From: a bacterium
GTDB lineage: Bacteria > UBA10199 > 2-02-FULL-50-16 > JAJFLM01
DNA length: 64,000 nt
Direction of reading: 5' to 3'
Assembly (NCBI GenBank): GCA_965216315.1
Contig: CBDCFN010000015.1
Span: 320,001 to 384,000, forward strand
Shown here in pieces: positions 1-12,442 of this stretch. The position numbers and the translations under genes were made by a program. The notes under the pieces are model-generated. The model was given only the letters and a program-made list of their open reading frames with translations. It was not told the origin of the DNA and made no database searches. How positions within the stretch are numbered: position 1 is the first letter of the stretch; the number at the start of each line of letters is the position of its first letter.

Positions 1-14
1 TTTTTATGAGCCAT
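1..14 (-). CDS. rpmA: 50S ribosomal protein L27, 5' end only (runs off window)
   Basis: Reverse strand ATGGCTCATAAAAA reads MAHK.., the L27 N-terminus, 10 nt after the rplU stop; rplU-rpmA is the canonical order. Confidence 0.8.
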
Positions 15-24
15 CTGATAATCC

Positions 25-336
25 TTATGCGATCTTGAGAATTTTGAGGGTCGTCTCCAACTGACGATGCCCCTGCTTCTTGCTATAACCTTTACGACGC
101 TTCTTTTTAAAAACCGTTATCTTGGGGGCTTTGCCTTGGTCCACGACCTCGGCCTCGACCTTGGCGCCTTCGACTTGTGGGGTCCCAATCGTAGACTTCC
201 CCTGTTTACTGACCATCAGCACTTCGTCCAGGCTCACCTTAGCGCCCACCTCACCGGCGAGCTTCTCCACGACGATCTGGTCGCCTTCCTGGACCCGGTA
301 CTGCTTACCACCTGTCTGTATAATTGCGTACGTCAT
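25..336 (-). CDS. rplU: 50S ribosomal protein L21
   Basis: [19 protein letters not shown]...[16 protein letters not shown]21 signature; start taken as ATG at 336 rather than ORF-track 369. Confidence 0.97.
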   Translation of the reverse strand: MTYAIIQTGGKQYRVQEGDQIVVEKLAGEVGAKVSLDEVLMVSKQGKSTIGTPQVEGAKVEAEVVDQGKAPKITVFKKKRRKGYSKKQGHRQLETTLKILKIA

Positions 337-474
337 AATTATCTCAATCGCGGCGGGTGACGCGAGCAATCCTTTGGACCGTCACTTCAGACGCAGCCAA
401 AGGATTGCGAATGCGGCAGGACCCGCCCAAATGCTAAAACCGACGGATCCTGGTACAAGGACTGTGGATAAAAG

Positions 475-2010
475 TCAAGGTCGCCAGTCCTCCTCGGCTG
501 CCACCTCCCCATCGATAATCTCATATTGTTCCTGATGATAGTCCTCACGGACCGTAATTTGGAGCTTTTTGTGGGTTTTTTGCTCCCAATCGACGAGACC
601 TGCCTGCTCTTCGTTGATCAAGGTGTCGCCGACGGCCGGATTCACGAGTACCGTCACGACATCGTCGAGAAAGTCCGGGGCCTCGCGTTTGAGCTCCCGA
701 AAGATCTCCTGGCAGACCGAGGTCTTACTCTTGAGATAGCCCCGCTCATCGCAATAAAAGCAGGGCTCCGTCATCATGCGACCCAGACTCTCCCGGGTCC
801 GTTTGCGCGTCATTTCAACCAGACCCAATTCGGTTATCTTGGTAATCGTCACACGGGAACGATCCTCCCGGAAGACCTCTTTGCAGGCCTGATAAACCTT
901 TTCCCGGTTGGCCGGCCGCGCCATATCGATAAAATCAATGATGATAATCCCGCCGAGATCGCGCAGCCGCAGCTGATAGGCGATCTCCTTACAGGCCTCG
1001 AGGTTTGTCTTGAGGATCGTGTCTTCAAGGTTGCGTTTGCCGACGAATTTGCCGGTATTAACGTCAATCGAGGTCAGGGCCTCGGTCTGTTCGATGATGA
1101 TGTACCCGCCGCTCTTGAGCCAGACCTTCTTGCCTAAGGCGCGGCTGATCTCGATCTCAATCCCGAAGGCGTCAAAAATCGGCTCCGGATCCTCGTAGAG
1201 ATCGACCCGGTTTTGCATGCGCGGCATGAAGGTCGAAATAAAATCGCGGATGCGCTCAAACTCGTCTGCTGAGTCGATAACGACCTTTTCGATATCGGCC
1301 GTAAAGAGATCCCGCACGGCGCGTAACGAGATATCCAGCTCCTTATGGACCAGCGCGGGAGACGGTTGCTGCTGGGCCTCGGTTCGGATGTCTTCCATGA
1401 GTTTGATCAGATAATCGCGATCGCTGAGCAGCTCTTCTTCCGACACGCCTTCGCTGACGGTCCGGGCAATCAGCCCGCCCCGCTTGGGGCGTCCCTTGTC
1501 GAGTATCTTGCGTAAGCGATAGCGCTCCTCATCTTCGCGAATACGGGAGGAAACCCCGATATGCTCGATGGTGGGCATGTAGACGAGATAACGCCCGGGC
1601 AAGCTGATGTGTCCGGTCAGGCGTGCTCCCTTGGTCCCGATCGGGTCCCGTGCCACCTGGACAAGGATGTCCTGCCCTTCTTTAACGAGGTCCTGGATCT
1701 GCGGCATCCCCCGGCCCCCGCGGCGCCGGACCCGTGGCGGCCGGCCTTGTTCACCGTTCTCGAGCGAGGCGACATCGATCGCATCGCGGGCAATGTCACT
1801 GACATATAAAAAGGCGGTCCGTTCCAGACCGACCTCGAGAAAAGCGGCCTGCATGCCGGGCAGCACACGGACGATCTTCCCCTTGTAAATATTCCCGGTA
1901 TAGCCGGATTCTTTGGATCGCTCGATGAGGAGTTCGGAGATCGCCCCGTTTTCAAGGCGCGCCACCCGAGTCTCCGTCGGGGTGACGTTCATCACGAGTT
2001 CGCTTTTCAT
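475..2010 (-). CDS. rng: Ribonuclease G (Rne/Rng family)
   Basis: GNIYKGKIVRVLPGMQAAF S1 region, IDVNTG, LRLRDLGGIIIIDFIDM, CxxC; 511 aa with no RNase E C-terminal tail. Confidence 0.93.
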   Translation of the reverse strand: MKSELVMNVTPTETRVARLENGAISELLIERSKESGYTGNIYKGKIVRVLPGMQAAFLEVGLERTAFLYVSDIARDAIDVASLENGEQGRPPRVRRRGGRGMPQIQDLVKEGQDILVQVARDPIGTKGARLTGHISLPGRYLVYMPTIEHIGVSSRIREDEERYRLRKILDKGRPKRGGLIARTVSEGVSEEELLSDRDYLIKLMEDIRTEAQQQPSPALVHKELDISLRAVRDLFTADIEKVVIDSADEFERIRDFISTFMPRMQNRVDLYEDPEPIFDAFGIEIEISRALGKKVWLKSGGYIIIEQTEALTSIDVNTGKFVGKRNLEDTILKTNLEACKEIAYQLRLRDLGGIIIIDFIDMARPANREKVYQACKEVFREDRSRVTITKITELGLVEMTRKRTRESLGRMMTEPCFYCDERGYLKSKTSVCQEIFRELKREAPDFLDDVVTVLVNPAVGDTLINEEQAGLVDWEQKTHKKLQITVREDYHQEQYEIIDGEVAAEEDWRP

Positions 2011-2143
2011 ACAGCTAACCTGCTTTCACTCTTTTAGGACCAGCGGCTCGTGAAGACGGATTGAATTGAAAAACACTATGTTATGGCGAGTCTTATGCTG
2101 GCGCTTGCTAAATCCGTCGTATTCTCCCTATCTATACCATGTC

Positions 2144-2788
2144 ATGGCTGAGACGCAAGAACGGATCAAAAACCGCGTCGCCACGCACCTGCTCGAGGCC
2201 GGCTGCGTCGTAATCAAGTCCAAACCCAGCTTTCGTTGGGCCTCGGGCCTCCATTCGCCGATTTATACGGATAACCGGCTCCTGCTCAGTGATCCCCGGC
2301 GTCGCCATGCCGTCGCCACCGCCTTTCTGGACGTCATTAAACAAGAAAAACTACGCTGCGATGTCGTCGCCGGCGTTGCCACCTCGGGAATCCCCATGGC
2401 CACGATCTTGGCGGAACGGCTTGGCAAACCGCTCGTCTATGTCCGGCCTCAAGCCAAGGCCCACGGCAAAGGGCGACAGATCGAAGGGGCTGTTAAAAAG
2501 GGCGCCCGTGTCCTCTTGATTGAGGACCTCATCAGTACGGGCGGCTCCAGTCTCAATGCCGCCCGGGCCCTCCGCAAGGCGGGTGCCAAGCTCGATACCG
2601 TCCTAGCGATTTTTGCCTACCTCCCCGCGCTCGCCCAGCGGCGTTTTGCCCGCTCACGCATCCAACTGCAACTGCTGACGGATGTCGCGGCGGTGCTGCG
2701 CGTCGGACGCCGGCGCCAACGGATCAGTGCCAAGGCGCAACAAGCCACCGAAACCTTTCTGGACCAACTCGCGGCGCACTTAAAATAA
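2144..2788 (+). CDS. pyrE: Orotate phosphoribosyltransferase
   Basis: F-x-WASG-x-x-SPIYTDNR, K-x-HG-x-x-x-QIEG and VLLIEDLISTGGS PRPP motif; start estimated at ATG 2144. Confidence 0.93.
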   Translation: MAETQERIKNRVATHLLEAGCVVIKSKPSFRWASGLHSPIYTDNRLLLSDPRRRHAVATAFLDVIKQEKLRCDVVAGVATSGIPMATILAERLGKPLVYVRPQAKAHGKGRQIEGAVKKGARVLLIEDLISTGGSSLNAARALRKAGAKLDTVLAIFAYLPALAQRRFARSRIQLQLLTDVAAVLRVGRRRQRISAKAQQATETFLDQLAAHLK

Positions 2789-3784
2789 GGGAATTCCATC
2801 GATGGCGGTCGGGCTGACAAATTCATAGGCCATTGTCGGCAACGACTTGAGCTCGCGGGCGAGCAACCAATCCCGCCCCTTCTTTCGATAGAGCTGCAGT
2901 TTGAGCTGCGCCGTATCCGTACGGTAAGCAAAGCGCGAAGAGCCGTCGGTATCGCGCAGCTCTTGGCCACTGATCTGCTGCGGATTGACAAAGACGTCCC
3001 CAATGAAACGACGGCGGCCCGTATCACTTTCAACGTGCCACCGGTCCACGTGCCCCTGACTCAAATTGCGCCGCAACCGCCAGATGCGATTGAGCCGGTA
3101 TTCCTTGCCCGAAATAATGATACGAAACTGGCTCGTACGCGGATAGCGGCCTTTCTTGCGCTGAAAACGATAAGACAGCCCTTCAAAAGAAGTCGCGGCG
3201 TAGCCCTCGAACTGCGCGACTTGTCCCCAGCACCAACTTTCCGGATAGCGCCGGCCCCAATGATGAGACTGATAACCGGGGATGCCGTTAATTTCATAAC
3301 GCACCTCCCCCCAGCGCAGCCAGCCACTCACGTGGATCTCCGGATTGGGGGCGACGAGTTTGAAGAGCGGGGCATTGACGCGGTACAAACTGCGCAGGGG
3401 CAGGTAGCGAAAGACCTTTTCGGACGGTTCCCACTGCAACTGCCACTCCAGGCTCTTGCCATCGATCTCCAAGCGTCCATGACTCCCATTGTGGTAAAAC
3501 TCCCCACCCGCCACGGAAAAGTAAAAAATATCCGACTCGATGCGCGCGTGCTCGAGTGAATAGGTCTGATTGATGCAGAGACTGCGCTGCGGTCCGCTCC
3601 CATCATAGAGGTGAAACCACAGCGCGGCCTGGTCCTCCAACTCGGCCCCGAGTGACACCTCCTGCCGGTACCATAAGGCCAACGGGCGGGTGGGATCGCA
3701 GCATCGTAAGGTATAGCTCTCGAGAAAGTTTTTTTGGCCTTTATTGCGAGGAAGGTTCCAGGATTCCGTACCAGAGAGGATCAT
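2780..3784 (-). CDS. Tocopherol cyclase-like / AttH-like beta-barrel protein
   Basis: GYQSHHWGRRYPESWCWGQ resembles the tocopherol-cyclase family Y-x-x-x-x-WG..P..W.W.Q motif; aromatic-rich strands. Confidence 0.55.
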   Translation of the reverse strand: MILSGTESWNLPRNKGQKNFLESYTLRCCDPTRPLALWYRQEVSLGAELEDQAALWFHLYDGSGPQRSLCINQTYSLEHARIESDIFYFSVAGGEFYHNGSHGRLEIDGKSLEWQLQWEPSEKVFRYLPLRSLYRVNAPLFKLVAPNPEIHVSGWLRWGEVRYEINGIPGYQSHHWGRRYPESWCWGQVAQFEGYAATSFEGLSYRFQRKKGRYPRTSQFRIIISGKEYRLNRIWRLRRNLSQGHVDRWHVESDTGRRRFIGDVFVNPQQISGQELRDTDGSSRFAYRTDTAQLKLQLYRKKGRDWLLARELKSLPTMAYEFVSPTAIDGIPLF

Positions 3785-3832
3785 TGTATCTTATTAATAT
3801 CATAAACGAATTCTAAAATCCCCCCTCTGGCC

Positions 3833-4347
3833 TTAAAACAGGAGAAAGGTAATATACACGATGATACCTAAGCCAATACAGGTCTTGGCAAACAGCGCCA
3901 CGACCTGGGAGCACAAGGTCGCGAAGGCAATTTTGATGGCCCCTCCGGCGGTCGTCTTTTCAAAGATCAGGGCATAGAGAAAGGCCCCCATAAAAACACC
4001 GACGAGAAGACCGAGCAGGGAGCCAATCAAAAAGATCGGTACGCCGATGAAAACCCCAATCAGGCCCCCAATAATCGCCGCTATGATCGCCCCGTTAGAA
4101 ACCTTAGCCAGCTTACCGCCGACGATACGGACCCCTAATTCGATCAGCTCGCCCACCCCGGCCATGGCCGCAATAATAATTAATGCCGTCCATTCCGAAC
4201 CATCGGGACTGAGATCGCTAACGAGGGCAAAGACCGCCGCCGCGGCAAACATGATCCAATTGCCGGGAAACCCTAAGGGAACAATAATCAGACCGAGGAA
4301 GAGAACGAGATAAAGAAGACCGATTCCGGAGGCGTAGAGCCAGGCCA

Positions 4348-4348
<1 letters not shown>
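3833..4348 (-). CDS. DUF456-like inner membrane protein
   Basis: Multiple Gly-rich hydrophobic helices, PLGFPGNW and GLIG-x-F-x-G-x-P patterns; start overlaps the gyrB stop. Confidence 0.65.
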
Positions 4349-6825
<2,477 letters not shown>

Positions 6826-6868
6826 TTACTAAAAGCGGGCTGACGCTAGCATAGCCATTCTCACAAGT

Positions 6869-7999
6869 CTAGAGTCTCATCGGCATAATCAGGGCCAGGA
6901 AACCCCGATCAAATTCGGAACGCATCAAGCAAGGGCTCAGTTCATCCCCCATCTCGAGCACGATTTGTTCGTCTTGAATGATGTTTAAGACATCCAGGAA
7001 ATAGCGGGCATTAAATCCCACCTGAAAGGTTTCGCCTTTGTATTCGGCCTCAAGGTCCTCGCGGACCTCACCCAGGTCAGGATTTGAAGAGCTAATTTCC
7101 AAGTGTCCCGGCGAGATGGAGAAGGACACCGGATGAGCCCGATCTTGAGCCATAATATCGGCCCGGCGCAGGGCCCCGATCAAGCTCTTGCGCGGGAGAG
7201 TGAGGGTGCGCTTATTGCCCTTGGGAACCACCTGGTCGTACTTAGGAAATTTGCCCTCAATCAGCCGCACGAAGGCGGTCAATTGGAGCTCATCGGCGTC
7301 GGCTTCCCGCACAACCATGAGCTCACGTTTCCCCAGACCCAACTTGAGACCCGCGCCTGCCTCTTCGGCAAGCTTCTTCAAGAGACTGAGTCCCTTGCGC
7401 GGGACAATGACCCCCTCCTCCAATTTGAACGACTTTTCCACCTCACGATCAATGTACGACAAACGATGCCCATCGGTCGCTACCATCCGCAGGATCGCCT
7501 TTTTATCCGAACCGGTCGGTCGCTCCAGATAAACCCCATTGAGGGCATAACGGGATTCATCCGTGCTCACGGCGTAGGAAGTCTTATCGATCATCTCCAT
7601 CAGTTGAGATCCGGAAAAGCCAACCAGGGTGTGATCCGAACTATCCGGAAAGGCGGGAAATTCCGCGGGCGGCATCCCCAGGACTTTAAATTCACTCTTC
7701 CCGCTCGTTACCTCCACTGCGTCTTTTTGACCGGTCAGCTTGATTTCTTTCTGGGGGGCTTCGCGCACGATATCAAAGATGCCTTTGGCGTTGACGAGAA
7801 CACGGCCTTTTTTAAACACCTGGCACGGGGTATGAATTTTGAGACTCAACTCCAAGTCCGTTGCCAAGATGGCCAACCCTTTATCTTCTGCACTGAGGAG
7901 TACATTGGAGAGAACCGGCATTGCCGATTTCTTTTCGGCAATCCCTTGAGTCCATTTTAATGCCTCCAAAAAATCACTCTGTTTAATTTTGAGTTCCAT
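6869..7999 (-). CDS. dnaN: DNA polymerase III beta sliding clamp
   Basis: MPVLSNVLL, ATDLE, VATDGHRL, GFNARYFLD, C-terminal IMPMRL. Confidence 0.98.
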   Translation of the reverse strand: MELKIKQSDFLEALKWTQGIAEKKSAMPVLSNVLLSAEDKGLAILATDLELSLKIHTPCQVFKKGRVLVNAKGIFDIVREAPQKEIKLTGQKDAVEVTSGKSEFKVLGMPPAEFPAFPDSSDHTLVGFSGSQLMEMIDKTSYAVSTDESRYALNGVYLERPTGSDKKAILRMVATDGHRLSYIDREVEKSFKLEEGVIVPRKGLSLLKKLAEEAGAGLKLGLGKRELMVVREADADELQLTAFVRLIEGKFPKYDQVVPKGNKRTLTLPRKSLIGALRRADIMAQDRAHPVSFSISPGHLEISSSNPDLGEVREDLEAEYKGETFQVGFNARYFLDVLNIIQDEQIVLEMGDELSPCLMRSEFDRGFLALIMPMRL

Positions 8000-8280
8000 T
8001 CCTTAGTTCCCTCTTAACTCTTATATATTATTAATAAAATAGTAGTAGTCGGGTTAGGGCGTGTGAATTGCCGTGATAAGTTTGTAAGTGGCGAATGCAT
8101 CGTGACTTTTGCCTCGTATCGCTTGTGGAAAAAGCGGGGTTAACCCCATGTATGACGCGTGGGTAAACGGGAAGATATCCCAAGCGCTTTTTTATCCCCG
8201 CGTTTCGCCCTGTGTTATCCCAAGGCTGACGGGGATAACAAATGAAAAAAGTAAATGGCCGAAATGAATTGGCTATTAGC
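8000..8280. promoter_or_regulatory. Probable oriC unwinding region (AT-rich DUE, DnaA-trios, degenerate DnaA boxes)
   Basis: Pure-AT run 8021-8040, TAG repeats 8040-8048, GC patch 8056-8061, then box-like TGTGAATTG and CCGTGATAA (8062-8079) and TGTGGAAAA (8124-8132), all between dnaA and dnaN. Confidence 0.7.
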
Positions 8281-8337
8281 TGTAGGGGTGCCCCTGGGCG
8301 CACCCGTCTTGCGGGTGGAGCAAGCACCGCCCCTACA
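8281..8337. repeat. GTAG-type REP doublet (inverted pair)
   Basis: TGTAGGGG...CCCCTACA termini with internal palindromes; the reverse arm resembles 47996-48020. Confidence 0.7.
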
Positions 8338-8338
8338 T

Positions 8339-9727
8339 TTATACGTTTAAACGCTGTTCGAGCTGGCTGATCTGTTGCTTGAGGGTCTCGTCTTCTTCGA
8401 GACAATTTTTGACTTTGGAACAGGCGTGGACGACCGTGGAATGGTCCTTGCCGCCAAACTTATTGCCGATCTCCGGGAAGGAGGCCTGGATGTGTTTCCG
8501 GCAGAGGTACATCGCGATCTGCCGTGGAAAGGCGAGGGAACGCGTGCGGCGTCGGCCTAACAGATCCGGAAGGCGGATTTGATAATATTCGGCGACGGTC
8601 TTTTGGACCTGGTCAAAGGTCAGTTGCTGTTGACCTGGTCCAAGGATGGACTGCAAGACTTCCTTGGCCAACTCGACCGTGATCGGTTGCCCGAGCAGCG
8701 AGGCGAAGGCTGAGAGCCGCACCAGTGACCCTTCGAGTTCCCGAATATTGGACTTGATCGAGGCCGCCAAAAAATGGGCGACGTCATCGGGCATGGAGAT
8801 GTGGGCGACATCCGCTTTCTTTTTGACGATGGCGACCCGGGTTTCCATATCCGGGATCTGGATGTCGGCAATGAGCCCCCACTGAAAGCGGGAGCGCAAG
8901 CGTTCCTCCAGGCCCGGGATGTCATTAGGCGAGCGATCACTCGAGAGAATGATCTGTTTGCCGCTATTATAGAGGCGGTCAAAAGTATGAAAGAATTCTT
9001 CTTGGGTCCGCTCCTTGCCGGCGATGAACTGAACATCATCGATGAGCAGCAGGTCACAGGAGTCACGGAAGATCTGGCGAAACTGATTCATGCGATCGAA
9101 GCGGATCGAATGGACCAGCTTATTGATAAACTGTTCGGAACTCACGTAGGCGATCCGGGTCGAGGGCTTGCGCCGCTTGATTTCCAGGCCGACCGCATTG
9201 AGTAAGTGGGTCTTCCCGAGCCCGACCCCCCCGTAGAGGAACAAGGGGTTGTAGTTACGGGCCGGTGATTCGGCGACCGAGCGGCAGGCGGCATGGGCAA
9301 ACTGATTGGAGGCGCCCACGACGAAATTCTGGAACGTATAACGTGGATTGAGCGTATACCCCTCCTGAGCCGATACGGCGGGAGGGGTCTCGAGCTGGGC
9401 CGCGGCCGCCAATTCACGGGTATGATCCGGTTCGGGTGGCTGGATGGACTCATCAATTTCAAAGCGAATGACGCGCGTCATTCCCGTCACTTCTTCGAGG
9501 GCTTTTTTGACCTCGAGCAGGAAGTGATCCTGGATCCAATCACGAATAAATTTATTGGGGATGGCGATCACAATCTCTGCGTCATCATCGCTGAAGCAAA
9601 CCGGCTTCACCTGGCGTTGCCAGGTCGCGTAGTGAACTTCACGGAGCCTTAACTTAAGGTTTTTATTGAGGTTTTCCCAGAGTGTGTCGTCTATAGGTGT
9701 TGGCATTTTGGGCGCAAAGATATCCAT
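8339..9727 (-). CDS. dnaA: Chromosomal replication initiator DnaA
   Basis: LNPRYTFQNFVVGASN, GGVGLGKTHL, LLIDDVQF, RLRSRF, GGKDHSTV; true start likely ATG 9727 or 9706, since ORF-track 9838 would run through DnaA boxes. Confidence 0.98.
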   Translation of the reverse strand: MDIFAPKMPTPIDDTLWENLNKNLKLRLREVHYATWQRQVKPVCFSDDDAEIVIAIPNKFIRDWIQDHFLLEVKKALEEVTGMTRVIRFEIDESIQPPEPDHTRELAAAAQLETPPAVSAQEGYTLNPRYTFQNFVVGASNQFAHAACRSVAESPARNYNPLFLYGGVGLGKTHLLNAVGLEIKRRKPSTRIAYVSSEQFINKLVHSIRFDRMNQFRQIFRDSCDLLLIDDVQFIAGKERTQEEFFHTFDRLYNSGKQIILSSDRSPNDIPGLEERLRSRFQWGLIADIQIPDMETRVAIVKKKADVAHISMPDDVAHFLAASIKSNIRELEGSLVRLSAFASLLGQPITVELAKEVLQSILGPGQQQLTFDQVQKTVAEYYQIRLPDLLGRRRTRSLAFPRQIAMYLCRKHIQASFPEIGNKFGGKDHSTVVHACSKVKNCLEEDETLKQQISQLEQRLNV

Positions 9728-9731
9728 ATGC

Positions 9732-9751
9732 TTATCCACAACTGTGGATAA
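9732..9751. promoter_or_regulatory. Inverted pair of perfect DnaA boxes upstream of dnaA
   Basis: TTATCCACA (9732-9740) and TGTGGATAA (9743-9751); a further one-mismatch box CTATCCACA at 9940-9948. Confidence 0.85.
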
Positions 9752-10096
9752 GCGGTCTAAAAATCCCTCATAAGACCCCTGCGCATGACGCGCCTGGGCC
9801 GACCTTGTTTTGGATGTCGTGAGGCATGTCGCCTCCACTCATTCGGGCTCTTTCGGGCCGTCAGGCGAGCACTTCCCCCTCGTCTGGCTACGTGTCTTGC
9901 GACTCGTTTTTTATTACCGCTGAGCGGCTGCGTAGATATCTATCCACAATTTCTTTTGCAAGACGAAATTTCCCGAAAAGACACAACCTGTTGATAAAAA
10001 AAGTGAAAAAAAATCTCGTTGACAAAGAAGGTCTGCGACCCCTATCGTCCGTGCAGTCGAAGCGACGGCGAAAGCCTTATATTTGGAGAGTTTACA

Positions 10097-10246
10097 GTGA
10101 AGCGAACGTATCAACCCAGTAATACCAAGCGCAGACGCAAACACGGTTTTCGGAAACGCATGAGTTCCGCAAATGGTCGTGCGATTATTGCGCGTCGCCG
10201 CCGTAAAGGCCGCAAAAATCTCGCCGTTACGTTGCCCAAAAAATAA
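10097..10246 (+). CDS. rpmH: 50S ribosomal protein L34
   Basis: GTG start after GGAG; (M)[21 protein letters not shown]. Confidence 0.97.
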   Translation: MKRTYQPSNTKRRRKHGFRKRMSSANGRAIIARRRRKGRKNLAVTLPKK

Positions 10247-10261
10247 TCTAAAAGGATTGTC

Positions 10262-10570
10262 GTGGCCGCTCAACACGTGCGGAAATATTCACTCAAGTAT
10301 TTTCGTGTGATTTGGGAAGATAAAAATCCGTCTGGGGCAGCGGAAAAAGGGCCTGAATTGGCACCGCGCGTGAATCGTCAACTGTCGAAGGCGACGGAAC
10401 GCAACCGCATTAAGCGGATCTTGCGCGAATTTTGGCGGGGACATCTCGCCACTTTTAAAAGGGGTCGTTGGGTTTTTATCGCAAAACGCCGAGTGGAGCG
10501 AGTTCCCAATCGAGAGGTCTGGCATGATTTGGAAACAATACTTCAACGCGTGTCTCAAGTTTCTTTTTAA
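10262..10570 (+). CDS. rnpA: Ribonuclease P protein component (divergent, short N-terminus)
   Basis: KATERNRIKRILREFWR RNR motif; position between rpmH and yidD. Confidence 0.85.
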   Translation: MAAQHVRKYSLKYFRVIWEDKNPSGAAEKGPELAPRVNRQLSKATERNRIKRILREFWRGHLATFKRGRWVFIAKRRVERVPNREVWHDLETILQRVSQVSF

Positions 10571-10778
10571 GGCAGGGATTTGGAGCTATCGTTTCACCCT
10601 GTCGCCTTTGTTGGGAGGACAGTGTCGCTTCCAACCCTCTTGTTCCGAGTATGCCTTACAAGCCCTCGATGTTCATTCACCACTTCATGCACTTATTTTA
10701 ATCATTAAGCGACTCGGTCGTTGCCATCCCTTTCATCAGGGCGGGTGTGATCCGGTCCCGGAAAGGACGCAGTCGTGA
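10524..10778 (+). CDS. yidD: Membrane protein insertion efficiency factor
   Basis: SPLLGGQCRFQPSCSEY...RCHPFHQGGCDPVP. Confidence 0.93.
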   Translation: MIWKQYFNACLKFLFKAGIWSYRFTLSPLLGGQCRFQPSCSEYALQALDVHSPLHALILIIKRLGRCHPFHQGGCDPVPERTQS

Positions 10779-12421
10779 AATCCGAACAACGATCATTGCT
10801 CGCCATTGTGCTCTCTGTCGGTGTCCTCGTGCTTTGGTACATGTTTTTTGCGCCGCAACCGGCGGAACAACCGGTAAACGAACCCTCAGCCGTTGAGACG
10901 ACGGATTCAAAGCCTGCGAGCGAGGAAAAAACCGAGCAGGATTCGTTGCAGGGAAGTCAAACGCCGCTCGAAGAGGTGACGCAAACGCCGGCGGGACCGG
11001 AAGAGAAGATTACGCTCAGCAATCAGTTTTTTGATGCGGTTTTTTCAACCCACGGGGGCGGATTGAGTGCACTGTATCTCAAAGGCTATCACGCAACGAC
11101 CGAAACAGACTCTCCCGTCACTAATTTAGTTCAAGCCGATGCAAGCAAGGTCTTAGCCTTGAAATGTCGTAAGTGTAATTTTTCGCTGGCACGTAATGCG
11201 AACTACAAAATTGTAACGTCGAGCGATAACAGTGTCACTTTGCGTTGGGATAACGATTCATATAGCATCGTACGCAAGTACAGTGTCGACGAGTCACGTT
11301 ATCTCATCCAACAAGATATCCAGATCATAAATCGTGGCGATCGTGCCATGGAGGGGCAACTCGGGATAAATTGGACCGCGAAAAATCCTGCCGATGCCGG
11401 CGGCGGTTTTTTCTCAATGCTTAAAGGGCCCAAAGACGTGCAGTCGGTTATTTACCAGATGGCCGGGCAGGTGGAGCGGGTTGCCTCCGAGGATAAGGAT
11501 CAAGAAGCGGTGGAACGCGGCGTGATTTCCTGGGCGGGAATTGAAAGCCGGTATTTTATTGCGGCACTCATTTCACGTCAGCTCTCCGAAGAAGAGGTTT
11601 TGGCCTACAACCTGCGGGGACAAAACCTGGAAACCGCGCTTTATTATCCCAAACAGCTGATCCGTGCGGGTGAAACGGCCACGATCCAGTATTCCATTTA
11701 TATCGGGCCGAAAGAAATCCATTCGCTCGGGGCGATTGGTGTCGGCCTGAAAGATGCGATTGATTATGGTTGGTTTGGCGTCGTTGCCATACCCATCCTG
11801 CATTCATTGAAATTCTTTTATAGTTTCTTAGACAGCTGGGGCCTCGCGATCATCCTTTTGACGATCATCGTCAAGCTCTTGATGAACCCGTTGACCGTCA
11901 AGGGCATGAAGTCAATGAAGGCGATGCAAAAATTACAGCCCAAACTCAAAGAACTCCGCGACAAGTACAAAGACGATAAACAGCGCTTGAACCAAGAGAC
12001 GATGGCGCTGTTTCGGGCGCACAAGGTCAACCCCATGGGCGGGTGTCTGCCAATGGTTTTGCAGATGCCGATCTATATTGCCCTCTACAAGGTCCTGTTT
12101 AACTCGATTGAGCTCTATCATGCCCCCTTTATTTTCTACAAAGATCTCGCCGCGCCGGATCCCTGGATGGTGACGCCCATTTTGCTCGGTATCTTCATGG
12201 TGCTCCAACAGAAGATGACCCCGACGGCCTCGGCCGACCCCATGCAAAAGAAGATGATGATGTTTATGCCCATCATGTTCACGGGATTCATGCTCTTCCT
12301 GCCGATGGGATTGGTCCTCTACATCCTCATCAATACCGTCATGACCGTCGTTCAGCACTACATGTTCAATCACGACATCAGGTGGCGGGATATCATGCGC
12401 GGAAGAATCAAGTTTTCCTGA
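10775..12421 (+). CDS. yidC: Membrane protein insertase YidC
   Basis: N-terminal TM, periplasmic domain, YIGPK, IDYGWF, WGLAIILLTIIVK, NPMGGCLP-x-x-LQMPI. Confidence 0.97.
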   Translation: MKSEQRSLLAIVLSVGVLVLWYMFFAPQPAEQPVNEPSAVETTDSKPASEEKTEQDSLQGSQTPLEEVTQTPAGPEEKITLSNQFFDAVFSTHGGGLSALYLKGYHATTETDSPVTNLVQADASKVLALKCRKCNFSLARNANYKIVTSSDNSVTLRWDNDSYSIVRKYSVDESRYLIQQDIQIINRGDRAMEGQLGINWTAKNPADAGGGFFSMLKGPKDVQSVIYQMAGQVERVASEDKDQEAVERGVISWAGIESRYFIAALISRQLSEEEVLAYNLRGQNLETALYYPKQLIRAGETATIQYSIYIGPKEIHSLGAIGVGLKDAIDYGWFGVVAIPILHSLKFFYSFLDSWGLAIILLTIIVKLLMNPLTVKGMKSMKAMQKLQPKLKELRDKYKDDKQRLNQETMALFRAHKVNPMGGCLPMVLQMPIYIALYKVLFNSIELYHAPFIFYKDLAAPDPWMVTPILLGIFMVLQQKMTPTASADPMQKKMMMFMPIMFTGFMLFLPMGLVLYILINTVMTVVQHYMFNHDIRWRDIMRGRIKFS

Positions 12422-12442
12422 TAGACGCAACTCTTAGCTTGA

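Noticed and set aside
2083..2098. Possible sigma54 site TGGCGAGTCTTATGCT upstream of pyrE
   Set aside because: Only the GG-N10-GC core matches; too weak to call
9728..9838. N-terminal extension of DnaA in the ORF track
   Set aside because: Runs through perfect DnaA boxes and shows no DnaA similarity; a downstream ATG is more plausible
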